A stretch of DNA of 64,000 bases from Calcarisporiella thermophila CBS 279.70 (taxonomy: Eukaryota > Fungi > Calcarisporiellomycota), in the NCBI RefSeq assembly GCF_041956535.1, contig NW_027192222.1, positions 207,477 to 271,476 on the forward strand, read 5' to 3'. Shown one piece after another: positions 47,790 to 59,977 of the stretch. The translations under genes and the position numbers were made by a program. A model generated the notes under the pieces. The model worked only from the letters and a program-made list of their open reading frames with translations, was not told where the DNA came from and made no database searches. Within the stretch, counting starts at the first letter, position 1. Each line of letters opens with the position of its first letter.

Positions 47790-49409
47790 TCACTGATCCG
47801 CAATGACCAATGGTTTTTTGTTATAAATTGGATGAAGCTGGCGCTCAATATAGCTCGAGAAGGTCGAGTCCTTCGTGCCCATAAACGAGTGGCCGGAGGC
47901 CGAGATGATAGCGTCCAGCATCGGCACCAGGTATTTAGCCATATTTATCTTCTCCTTCTTATTGCGGTAATTTTTGATCACGTCGAGGTCCGCTTCGAAG
48001 TCGGAGAGAGTAAATACACATGGGAATGTATTAAACATTTTACGGAGGAGGGGATTCTTCTCCGGATTGCTTGCATCAGTGGCAATGAAAATGCGTAGAT
48101 TGATATTCCCGTTCAGGTTTGGATGGGAAGCAGGGCGACATTTCTTCAGCTCTCGTCTTCCTGGTCGTGTTGTTTCGAAAAGCGAACGTTTAACCTTTGG
48201 TGCAAACGTGGGTTGCTGCACGGGATTTGTATTCTTCTTTCCATATATTGGCTCGTCCGGCCGTTTGACTTCATACGAAGTATCTTCGAGAATATCCTGC
48301 TCGTGGGTGCCTCCCTCGAGGAAATTTATTTGCTCCTTGGTAAGATGTGTGAAGCCATCTGTCAGATAGTGGTACATTTGGTCCACGTTGATTGAGGCTC
48401 TCCGGGCGAAATTTCCATCGCCAACTCGCAAATGTAGTCCGACGTAGGTACCCTGCCCACCCAGTTGGTCTATAATGCGCTGAGCTGTACTGATCAAAAG
48501 TGGATTCCGGAAGATGAGATTGCGGCGAATGATCTCAATAAAATGGCGGTTCTCGGGCAACTGGGCACGTACGCGGTAGCTTCCAAACATGGAGTTGAAA
48601 TGGATCAGTTTGTGAGGTTTTTCCCTCAGCGTGTCCAAATTGTACCGATGCTCAAAGCGACCAAGTGGAGTGGTCGAGAACTTATTATCAATGAACGAGT
48701 AATCATAAGGTGAATTATCTTTGAAATAGTAGACATCTTTCGCAGTCATATGTAAATTTTGATAAATCCATTCGAGCGAGATGTCGTACCGACGCACAAT
48801 GCGAATATGCTTCTCAAGTTCCGAGAGGTCGAAGAGAAAGTCCCATGGAACTTGTGTGTTCTCCTCGTACGATAGGCATTCCACTGGGAGCGGTAGAGTT
48901 TCGGGTACGGAGGGACAGTGCTCAAGTCCCCGTTTTGTCATAAGGAGAAGGCGAGCGTAGAGCTTATCAAACCGTGTCCATGGCATTGCAGGCCCCAGCA
49001 GGACATTGGGTACAAGAAGAGTGCGATTCAGCATCGCTGCTAAGAGCAAGGCATTTTCTAGCTCTATGCGCTGATTGTGGAATCCACTGTGCGGTAAATA
49101 AGCGATGAACTTCTCCTCAGGTAGTACTTCTGGCGGGCCGTAGGCAGATGGATCCTCGTTCATCTCGTCAAACAGCTCAGAGTTGCCTGCCTGTTGCTTA
49201 GAAGGATTATAATTTCCATCCAGATTGTTTTTTGTCCGTACAACTCCGCCTTCAAATTCAAAACCATTGCCCAGATGTGGATTACCGGCGAAATTGTCAT
49301 ATGTATCTGGTGACTGGAATATGTACTTGAAGCCAAAAAACATAACAAGGACATTAAGGATGAGGAGGAGCACTATGGCTCTCCGCCGCGATTTGAAGAT
49401 TGTCCACAT
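47790..49409 (-). CDS. CigA-like / GDP-fucose O-fucosyltransferase-family type II membrane protein
   Basis: N-terminal TM, EEKFIAYLPHSGFHNQRIELENALLLAAMLNRTLLVP, YVGLHLRVGDG, IFIATD, FMGTKDSTFS. Intronless. Confidence 0.82.
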   Translation of the reverse strand: MWTIFKSRRRAIVLLLILNVLVMFFGFKYIFQSPDTYDNFAGNPHLGNGFEFEGGVVRTKNNLDGNYNPSKQQAGNSELFDEMNEDPSAYGPPEVLPEEKFIAYLPHSGFHNQRIELENALLLAAMLNRTLLVPNVLLGPAMPWTRFDKLYARLLLMTKRGLEHCPSVPETLPLPVECLSYEENTQVPWDFLFDLSELEKHIRIVRRYDISLEWIYQNLHMTAKDVYYFKDNSPYDYSFIDNKFSTTPLGRFEHRYNLDTLREKPHKLIHFNSMFGSYRVRAQLPENRHFIEIIRRNLIFRNPLLISTAQRIIDQLGGQGTYVGLHLRVGDGNFARRASINVDQMYHYLTDGFTHLTKEQINFLEGGTHEQDILEDTSYEVKRPDEPIYGKKNTNPVQQPTFAPKVKRSLFETTRPGRRELKKCRPASHPNLNGNINLRIFIATDASNPEKNPLLRKMFNTFPCVFTLSDFEADLDVIKNYRNKKEKINMAKYLVPMLDAIISASGHSFMGTKDSTFSSYIERQLHPIYNKKPLVIADQ

Positions 49410-50295
49410 AAAATCGGAAGGATATACCTATTTGCAAATACAATAAAAAGAAAGTAATGTAAGAAAATGTTCGATTGGCAGAAGCATAATAACGATGAAT
49501 TTTACTTTCAAACTATGTTGAAGAGAGAGAATTCAATATTAGTTTTAAAGGTAGGATAGAATTGCTATATATTTTTGGAGACATTATTTTTCGTTTGATG
49601 GCTTAGATTCAAATTAATAGGAACCAATACAAAATAAAATCCTCAATAATATAATATAATTTTCGTTCTAATATTAAATTATAGCTTTTCGTTAAAACAG
49701 TATGGTCTGTCTTAAGGCCAAAGGAAAAGCATTGCAGTAAGTTGGTCGATGTATATACATAAATTTTATACTGAGTCTGCAGCTATAATAGATAATTTTA
49801 GAATAATTAAAGAGTAAAATTTTAATATCAGAAAATCGATTATAATATGTTTGTTGGGTTATTTTTAAGAGATTAAATAGAGAATAAGCATGAGCATTAA
49901 ATGTTTTATCTCTGATCCTTTATACAAGTATTTGTGAGAGAAATCGTGGTCTACCAAAGAGTCTCATAATCCAACAATTTTATCTTCAAAACCGGATTAC
50001 TTTAAGAAATCATATAGGCTTTTAGATGATATAATAGCTGCTCTACCTAGTTGCGATTCACTTTTTAGCTTTGACCTGAAAATTTATTCAATTGGCAAGT
50101 TATTAGAGTTAAGTATATCTTCTGTTACCTTGGTGTTAATTCATTACTCTCATCAGCGAGCCAAATTATCAGATATAAATTGATGATGTCATCTTATGAC
50201 GACACAGTTCCTCAACTCTGTTTACGTTTTCGAGTCGAACAGGCTCTTTTATCGTTCCTCCTCTCTAAAGACAACATTACTGTCTATATCTAAAC

Positions 50296-51068
50296 ATGTC
50301 TGAACAGGTAAATAAAGTCCATCAGTCATAACGAGGGAAGCCAGCGCATCAGATTTAATTTCTTACCTACATGATGTTTGCATCCAACGTTTTAGGTCGA
50401 AAAAGCTTTCCAAAAGCAGCGTGGCATCTTTTTGAACCCCAAATTCGGCGCTAAGAAGGGCAGGCATCAGAGATTCTACAAGGATGTCGGCCTTGGCTTC
50501 AAGACTCCTCGTGAGGCAATAGAAGGCACCTATATCGGTTAGTCTATTTTGGATTATACTCGCGCTTGTATTCATATTGATTCCAATTATGCTGATGGTA
50601 AAATTTTATTAGATAAGAAGTGCCCCTTTACCGGTGAGGTTTCTATCCGTGGACGTATCCTTACTGGTGTCGTCGCCTCCACTAAGATGAAGCGCACGAT
50701 TATCGTACGCCGTGAGTACCTCCACTACATTCCCAAATACAACCGTTATGAGAAGAGACACAAAAACGTTGCCGCACATTTGTCTCCTTGCTTCATCGGT
50801 GTTGAGCCCGGAGATCTTGTTACCAGTAAGCATACATAATTAATATGCCTTTTCTCGCCCCTTTTTTATGCATGCTAAAATATGAACTTTTTTTTACAAC
50901 AGTCGGTCAGTGCCGCCCTCTTTCGAAGACAGTACGCTTCAATGTTGTTCGTGTTACTAAAATCTCGGCCAAGAAGGTATGTCCATCTTTGTCGACTTTC
51001 AATTGAAAATATCATCTGGATTTAACTGACCTCTTTTTTTATTCTAGAAAATGTTCACCAAGTTTTAA
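50296..51068 (+). CDS. RPS11: 40S ribosomal protein uS17 (S11), 5 exons
   Basis: MSEQ / VEKAFQKQ...[22 protein letters not shown] / [19 protein letters not shown]...RYEKRHKN / [15 protein letters not shown] / KMFTKF*. Confidence 0.96.
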
Positions 51069-51425
51069 ACTATCTAGATTTTCTTAGAAAAGAGATTGTG
51101 GGAGATGATGTAGAGCTTGGTTATCAGTGTGTATTCCATGCTCTGTAGTAAATAAACTTCTATATTTTTTTCGGTTTTATTCTGTTAGAATCCTTGTTTA
51201 TCAAATTCTCAAAGGAAAAGTTATATCTCTTGAAAGCTAAGCCACTAATTGCAAACTTTTTTCAATCGCTCCATTCTATCGCGTTTAGACCAGATATAAT
51301 TGTGTTGTTTAAGGGATAGAATTCCCAGCGATTGTGAAGGAACATCAGTCCGATCTAGATTTTTATTCTGCTAGTTTCCTTTATTTTCCACTTCTTTCGC
51401 CTCATCAATATAAACAGCACCATCA

Positions 51426-54117
51426 ATGTCCGAGCCCATACCCTCCAGCGGCATCGGCTCTCGCAAGCCCACGGAGGGCGATCGCATAGTGCTCAGCTAC
51501 TTGCGAAAACGGGGGTTCTCTCCACAGCTCGAGATGCTCTTCCGGCGCGAAGCCAACATTCAATCTGCTGAAGACATGGCAATGGGAGTTCAGGCGAATG
51601 AATCAGTTCCAGGTTATGTTGCGAATTATTCTGATGCAAAAGGCGGAGATCCTGATGCCTACGACAAAGGTTACGCGAGATTAAGACGTTGGATCGAGGA
51701 TTCCCTAGATTTGTATAAAGTATGACATTGAATTCCGTTGTGACTCATAAACAAATCAATTTTTCTAACTCAATCTTTTCTGATCACATATAGCCTGAGT
51801 TACGATCTGTACTATTCCCTCTATTTGTACATGCTTATTTGGAATTGATCTCAAAAGATTTGAAAGACCAAGGTTTCTATCTATATGCGTACATGTGTGT
51901 AAATCGGATTATTCTATATCTTTCTATGGTTTTTAGCAAAACACTTTATGGACGCATACAAGGAGGACCATATGATATTGCATGGAAGTGATATCCAGCG
52001 GATTGCAAGTATAACGGACAAGCAACACGTTGCCGAGAATGAACTTGCGCAGCTCTATCGAAAAAACAAATACCAGCTTCGCATGTCCAGGATTTCATTT
52101 GATCTGTTGCTCTCGTTTCTGCAAGATAGCGATCTAAGGGTTTTGTTGCGACTTTTCAACCAATATATACATACTCAAGGTATGAAAGTATAGTCACTCT
52201 GCATAAAGAAGATATTTTATCCACTTTGTATATACCTTGTAACGCTTTGGATTTCTTGATTAGTTTCCGAAGGTCCACCCACAAAGTCGGGCGGCCTTGA
52301 ATCGGACGACGTCATTGGTATTACCAGCCATCCAGCCTCACAGCTCGCCGAATTTAACCAACAACAGGTGGATTTGGGCCCGCGATCCATGGAATCGGGC
52401 TTCCTCGAGGAAGTGGAAAGCGCATTAAAGGACGAAGAGCCAGTCGGAAACAAATCTCAACAAGACGAATCTACTGTTAATGGACAGCCTGCTTCTCCTT
52501 CATTATTGGAAACATTTAAGAAGATAAAACAAGAACCAAGTACTGATGCAGCATTGAAAGATGACATACCCATCCCACCCTTGTAAATACCGTCGCTTTG
52601 TTATTTTTTTTTTCAATTTGGCATTGACTTAACCCTGCTTGTTCAGTAAATCTAGTGATATCAAAGCAGAGATCGATGCATTAAGGGATTTACGAAAGCG
52701 AGTAAGCCTGGGTTCTGGTTCCCTTCCGAGCATATGCTGTTACACTTTCCATAACACGCATGATGAGTAAGCTTTCCTCTTATACTTTTCCAAAACCGCT
52801 TGTAAATTTATTCGAAATTTCTCCCCAAGATTGAACTGCATTGGAATGTCCGATGATCTTTCCCTGATGGCTGGAGGATTCTCAGAATCGTATATTAAAA
52901 TATGGAGCTTGAAAGGAGAAAAACTGCGAGGGCTTTGGAATAATATCAATCCCACACACGTGCACGAATGTCGGTCCATTCTTTAGTTTACCTAGGGACT
53001 GTGCCACTTACTTCTCTATTTTTTTTAGCCCATGATCTGGAACGATTTCGTGAAAGGGCTGGAGAAAACTCCAAGCGGCTAATAGGCCATTCTGGGCCAG
53101 TGTTTGGACTTAGCTTTAGTCCAGATAATAAATTGCTTTTATCATGTTCGGAGGACAAGACAGGTGCGTTCTCAACGCCATCGGATATATTGCAAGGATT
53201 GATCATTTTATGTTTTCAATATAGCACGTCTATGGAGTCTGGACACTTTTAGCAACCTAGTTGTCTATAAAGGGCATAATTATCCAGTGTGGGATATAAC
53301 ATTTGGCCCACTTGGGTTCTATTTTGCAACTGCGTCGAACGATCGTACGGCTCGCCTATGGAGTTGCGATCATGTATATCCGCTCCGAATCTTTGCAGGC
53401 CATCTTTCGGATGTTGATGTGAGTGACGAGTATACATAATATACAAAACTTGCCTTGCTGACTTTTCACCCTTAATATAGTGTGTCACGTTCCATCCAAA
53501 CTCCAAATACATTGTTACGGGTTCTAGTGATCGCACTGCAAGGTTATGGGATGTGCAGCGTGGAACATGCGTGCGAATGTTCACAGGGCACACGGGAGCT
53601 GTACATGCAGTAGCTGTGTCTCCCGATGGGCGTCTAATGGCATCTGCCGGTAATTATAATTTTCTCTTTCAATCTTAAGAAAAAAATGGCTCACCTCTTT
53701 CTCAATGCAGGGGAAGACAAATCAATTATGCTTTGGGATTTGGGGTCTGGTCGACGCCTGAAAAAGATGAGCGGCCACACCGGTTTCATCTATTCTCTCG
53801 ACTTCAGTGCGGACGGAAATCTCATCGCCTCTGCAAGTTCAGATTGCACCGTACGCTTGTGGGATGTTACCAAAGAATCCACTGAGGAGAAACGCAGACG
53901 TCTGGAGGGAGAAGCCACGGCTGCAGTGAAGTCGATAATAGAGAACGGGATAGTGGGTGGAGCAGGGGAGAAAGCGAAGACCAAGCAATTGGGTAAAAGC
54001 GTTGGTGATGATGCTCTGGCGACCTTCCCCACTAAGCGAACTCCAATTTACAAGGTGAAATTCACCAAGCGAAATTTGTTGCTAGCTGCTGGGGCATTCA
54101 TGGGATCAACAGGCTAG
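51426..54117 (+). CDS. TAF5: TFIID/SAGA subunit Taf5 (LisH, NTD2, WD40), multi-exon
   Basis: [89 protein letters not shown]. Confidence 0.95.
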
Positions 54118-54366
54118 TAGCTTTTAATTGAGCGGTCGAAGCAATTCTATAGCATTTTTTATTGTGATTATATATTTTTATTATTGTTGGATCTTGTCGC
54201 TTTTTAATCTTTTTATCTTTTTTTTGCTGTACAAAAGTATTTTAATACTGATCGAACGAAGGAAAAAATTTTTTTGCTTAATAACCGATTGCTGATGAAG
54301 AAAATCTCTATTCACAATATATAATCAATGGAAGTAATTTCGTAGAAATAGATATAACAAGCAGCA

Positions 54367-55001
54367 CTATTGTGCCGGGACAGCCTTTTCCTGTTCTACT
54401 TTCGCATCGCCTGCGACATTCCCCTCGGCTATTTTCTTCTCTTTGCCCCCAAAGTAAAAGTACTCCGAGAACCGATACAGCTGCACAAGCTGAGCAGTTT
54501 CATTCGTTGCATGACAAGCGAAGAGTAAATGATTTCGGGGTTTAACCATCCAAGCAAAGCGCATGAATAAAGCCGAGTAGACGGTGAGGGCGAGCGTCAT
54601 TTTGCCAGAGATGTACTCGGGATCCTTTTTGAAATCAGCAATAGCAGCAAGTGGAAGGCCCCAGTTGGCAACTAAGATAAAGTTCAAAGCTGTTAACATC
54701 ACAAGGAAAGTTAGATCTGGAGAGCGAAATAGGAATTACCTGGTCCCCAGAAATGCTAAGTGGCGGAAAGAGTTAGTTGAATAATGAGGAAATGGTTAGA
54801 GGAGCTTTGAAGTTTCTATTAAAAATGTCAAATATGAAATAGATCAGATCCTCACCGTGCTACACGTAAAAAGAAAAAGTGATTAGTAACCCTCGATGGA
54901 AATGTCCTGAGTAGACACAACAAATACCTCATAAGATATTCCTTGAATTCCTTGCTTGTAAGTTTCTGGAAAAGGCGCTGACTCCAACTGGCTGCCGACA
55001 T
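54367..55001 (-). CDS. MPC1: Mitochondrial pyruvate carrier 1, 4 exons including a 4-nt microexon
   Basis: [27 protein letters not shown]...[31 protein letters not shown]. Exons 55001-54928, 54859-54856, 54755-54740 and a final exon. Confidence 0.95.
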
Positions 55002-55460
55002 GATGGGAGGTCTAATCGAAAGATGGAAAGGTTCAATCGGGATGGATTTCGAAAAGCATAGTGGATTGTTTGGATGAGGCGAGCGTGGTCGGAGTTCGAT
55101 GCAGATTTCAGAAGGCTGAAAGTCACACTGGAAGTTGCGTAAATTTTTTTTCAAATCTGGCCTCGAGTTCCCGCCTCGCAACTATTCTATATCCGCAAAC
55201 CTAAAAGCTAACAGCCCTTCTTCCAACGCTTTTCGCGTTCGAATTTTTATTCGAAGCCCAGAAGAGGGCCGCTCCAAGTTTCTGTGTCCACTACAACAAA
55301 TGCGTGGGGTATATTTTTACGCTCGGAATTTTTCGGGCCACTTCTTTCAATATAAAAATGTCGATTTCATTTTCTCACGCGCTTTTCATCTCTGTTTCAT
55401 TCCCATTGCTCTTTTTCTCTTCCCCCCTGCACCCATCCAATACACGCCTCCCAATTCACC

Positions 55461-56737
55461 ATGCCTATTCTCTCTGCTGCCCCCGACCAGTACCGCGACG
55501 AGCTCGTGGCAACCGCTCGCGCCATTGTTGCCAATGGCAAGGGTATGTAACTTTTTCCAAGAGCCTCTGGCAGAAAGGGCTCATGCAAATACTTTCTTTC
55601 CAAAAGGTATTCTCGCCGCTGATGAGAGCACCGGTACTATCGGCAAGCGCTTCAAAGGAATCAACCTTGAGAATGTAGAGGATAACCGCCGCGCATACCG
55701 TGAATTGCTCTTCACCGCCGACCCGAAGGAACTCGGACAGTAAGTCGTCTATGTTATATTTTATTCTTTCGTGTGGTTATGCTGACGTTTCTTTCAAGGT
55801 ATCTTGGTGGTGTGATCCTCTTCGAGGAAACTCTCAACCAGAAGACCGAAGATGGTCGCCCATTCGCCGAGGTCCTCAAGGCGGCTGGAATCATCCCTGG
55901 TATCAAGACGGACAAGGGTGTTGTCACGCTTGCTGGTACAAATGGTGAGACGACCACACAAGGCCTTGATGGTCTTGCGGAGCGGTGCCAGGACTACTAC
56001 AAAAAGGGTGCGCGCTTTGCCAAATGGTCAGTTGTGCTCTTCCATTTTAATTTGAACTGGATTTTAATATGGTTGTGTCACTTAGGCGTTGCGTCCTCAA
56101 GGTCTCGGAGTTTGAGCCCTCCATCCTTGCCATTGAAGAGAATGCCAACGTGCTCGCCCGCTATGCATCCATCAGCCAGGCTAACGGTCTCTGCCCCATT
56201 GTGGAGCCAGAGATCCTTATGGACGGCTCGCATGACCTCGACCGCTCCATCGACGTTGCCACCAAGGTCCTGAGCGCAGTATACAAGAAACTTGTGGACC
56301 ACCACGTGTACCTCGAGGGTACTCTCCTCAAGCCCGCCATGGTTTGCCCTGGAACTGACTGCCCCAAGAAATACACACCCGCAGATGTGGCCAAGGCCAC
56401 CGTCGAAGTGCTCTCCCGCACCGTGCCCCCATGCATGCCTGGCATTGTCTTCCTCTCTGGCGGTCAATCCGAGGAGGAGGCCACTGTCCACCTCAATGAG
56501 ATCAACAAGGTCAAAGGAAAGAACCCATGGGCACTCAGCTTCTCCTACGGTCGTGCTCTTCAGCAATCCGTCTTGAAGGCGTGGCAAGGCAAGAAGGAGA
56601 ACGTTCCCGCCGCTCAGCAGGCTCTGCTTGTGCGCGCCCGCTTGAACTCCTTGGCTGCTCAGGGCAAGTACACGGGTGAGCCCTCGGGTGAATCCTCGGC
56701 AAAGGATAGCTTGCACGTGAAGAACTACGTCTACTAG
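55461..56737 (+). CDS. Fructose-bisphosphate aldolase, class I, 4 exons
   Basis: [46 protein letters not shown] (Schiff-base Lys), [21 protein letters not shown]-terminal Tyr. TATA at 55351. Confidence 0.96.
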
Positions 56738-56968
56738 ATAGGTTAGTCCTTTGCAATGGGGGTCAGAGATGGCTAATGTCTTTCATGTCTATTTTTTTTC
56801 ATTGTATGGAAGGTTGTTGATTTGGTTTTTAAAAAAGCTCTTTTTCATGTCCAAAAGTTTATGTAGTTGATGTTGTCTTTTATTTTAATATGTGAATAAA
56901 AAATTACAACGCAAGAGTAAAGTTAGGATATGATAGCGACAAATACAAAACATATTCGAGCTAGGCTA

Positions 56969-58862
56969 CTATACTTTATTGGATGCATCGTCTCCCGCAT
57001 CAGTGGGCGACGGAGAAGAGGCTGAAGTAGAAGAGGTGCTTGTCAGGGAGGTAGAGGGGGGGGCAGTAGAAGTAGAGGTGGTGGGTGTTGTAGATGTCGT
57101 AGATATCTCAGATGTGGTGGAGGTAGGGGTGGAGGGATTTGGTTGGGGTGGGATAGTAGGAGTCACCATGGGAGGGCGAGCAAAGAACAAGGTATTTGAC
57201 AATTCGTTGTTTGCTTTGATGGGATTTGAGAATCTTGAGGCCGGGCTCCATCCGTCCACCACGCAACCAGGGATATTGAGGTTCTCCTTAAGCCGGCGCT
57301 TCTCATCCAATATACCCCAGAGTGTGTTGGGTTCAGTCTGTTTGTCGGGCTGGTCGATTGCGTCAAAGTAGTAGTAGGGGATGTGGAGCGCGTTGGCCGT
57401 GCACAGGAAAGAGGAAAGGAACTGAGACTGGGTCTGCGGGTTTGCAACCGCGTCTCTAAAAGGTGGGCCTAAGAAAAATGCGGATTCAGCGCAATGATTC
57501 AGAATAAGAAATAGGTAATGTAAGTGCCTTACCGGCAATGGGCCATCCAACCTCCCCTAGGATCATTCTTATCCCCCTGAGCTCCAATGATTTGTCTCTC
57601 CAAAAAGTGACCAACTCCTGCACAACGTCCTCCACCCTCAACCCCGCATAGAAGGCCCTTGCGTTCACTACAACACCGTCTCCCATCTCCACCACCTCGG
57701 GTATTAAGTTGGAGTCGGCTGCATAGACGGGAATTCCCAATCCTAATTGGGTTATGAGATTTCGTGTGGTCCCAACCGCTTGATAGAGCGTTGTGATTGC
57801 TATGTGAGGCGGGTAAATGGAGCGTGCGAGATACTCGTTGCCTACAGAGATGCTATCAATGTTGGCAGGGCCATGGGTAATCATATTTTGGGTGAGGGCT
57901 ACGAGGTTTCTTTCAAAAGTATTGGGGGTGTCATCGAGAGGTAAAGTGAGCTGCACCCCCATCGGTAGGTGCAGGAGCTTGATGGCCTGTAGGGTATAAT
58001 TAGCAGTGTTACAGTCAAATCCTAAGTGAGAGTACAAAAACGTGAGTTCCCGATCACAAAGCCATCCACCCAATACAACAGGCGCATCAGAAAATATTCT
58101 ATTACCGTAGAGGCGTAAACGAGTAGTCATTTGCCCAAGCACTTTCAAGTCCTCAACTACGTCTTTCAGGGTCAAGCTGCAATCAGGCGACTGACTTCCG
58201 AAGGGTGCATAGGTTATTCCATAGAAGCTCTTTTTCAATCGCTTGTCTACAACAGTGCTAAGATCAAGTCCACCATTTGTGTCGACACTGTTGCTTTCGT
58301 TTGAGTGCTTGAGCGTCACTGCGCTCACGACCACCCATATCACGCATCCCAGTGCACCAATGATGACGACGCTAACAAGCACGGTAACCCAGCGTTGCAC
58401 ATTGCGTGTTTTCCGGGACGGGTCAACCTTGGGGATCATTTTTTCGTTTTGATCCTCGTCCGGTGGAAATTCGCCATCGGATTGAATGCCGATGCCTATC
58501 TTGCTATCAGCCAAGGACCCGCTGCCCTTCTCGCTTAGAGCCGATTCTGGAATGGCCGGGCTTGGGGCTGGGGGAGAAAAATTCAGCGTTGAGGAGGCGA
58601 GTAAGCTGCTCTCCGGTGACTTGCTGCTGCTTTCCTGTCCCGGAGACCCAAGGTCCGGGGTGCTTTCCTCGGGGTTATCCAGGCACACGGGATAGAACTC
58701 GCTGTCACTTGCTAAATTATCGGTGGAGGGGGTGCTCGGGGGCGAGGTGGTACTCCATCTCATAATGGGTTTGGGCTGTTCCTCGGGGGAGAGCGAGGGG
58801 TTGGGAGGAAGGGAAAAGTCGTGGTTGTTGTCGGTACCATATTCAATTTTTACTATGCTCAT
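56969..58862 (-). CDS. GH17 beta-1,3-glucanase/transglycosylase with N-terminal membrane anchor (BtgC-like), multi-exon
   Basis: Low-complexity N-terminus, TM, KKSFYGITYAP, RLRLYG, ISVGNE (acid/base), GEVGWP (nucleophile), YYYFDAID; S/T-rich tail. Confidence 0.85.
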
Positions 58863-59212
58863 ACTATTCTACGAGTTGCCTTGCCGGCTCGATAGAAGAG
58901 AAGATGAATTAAATGTCTTAATAATAATACAAAAGAGTGTCTCGACGTCAGATGGGGGGGGAGGGGAAGGTGGAGGGAAAGAAAGGAGCCGAAAATGGAT
59001 GCTCACTATATTTCGTTCCAATGCTCATCATTCCAAGGGATCTGTGACTACCACATACTCAGCCACCATAGTGGCTTTTTCATTTTAAAACCCGATGACG
59101 ATTTGCCCCATTTCATTTTCTCTTTTTTTTTTATCTCTTTTCTTCTCATCCCATTTTCCTCTCTTCTCTTAGACTCATTCCGCGCGCCTACCGGAAGATC
59201 AATCCGACGTTT

Positions 59213-59703
59213 ATGACTGACATCCAGAATCTCCAAACTTTTGGTGAGTAAAGCTTTGATCTGCCATCCTCATCATTGGGCTTCGCCCCCGATTATTAAC
59301 CTGATTATGACATTTTCTATCCAGATCCATTCGCTGACACTGGTGAAGATAACTTTACTGACTCTGATCAAACCAAATACATCCACGTACGCATTCAGCA
59401 ACGTAACGGCCGCAAGGCACTTACCACTATCCAAGGACTTCCTGACAAGTATGATCAAAAGAAGCTCTTGAAAGCCTTCAAGAAGGAATTTGCCTGCAAT
59501 GGCACCATCGTGAAGGACGAGGAAGAGAAAGAGGTAATATACGTCCCTCATTCTATTTTCTTTGATTGATCATGATCGTTGACCTTTCCTTCTATCTCAT
59601 GTAGGTGATCCAGCTGCAGGGCGACCAACGACTGAAAACTGTGCAGTTCATGGTCGAAAACTTGGGCATCCCCAAGAAGCAGTTTAAGATCCATGGTTTC
59701 TAA
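59213..59703 (+). CDS. SUI1: Translation initiation factor eIF1, 3 exons
   Basis: MTDIQNLQTF/DPFAD...IHVRIQQRNGRKALTTIQG...FKKEFACNG / VIQLQGDQR...KIHGF*. Confidence 0.96.
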
Positions 59704-59977
59704 TCTGCTTTTTCTCTGATCACTCGATCCTACTCTATTTTTTTTATGCCTCGTGGGCTATTTCTATTCAATTTCCCCTTCACATAGCTTTCAGTATTTT
59801 TTTTTTTTGGGAACTTTTTTTTTCATGTTACAAAATAAATGTAGCGATTATCACTTGATCCCATTATTGTTCTACAAGGATCAAATCTAGAAAAAGATAT
59901 ACGATAGATGAGCGTCATTATGTACTACAGATGTTTATTAGGCTTTGCAATATGAAACAAGATAACGCTGCACCCCT

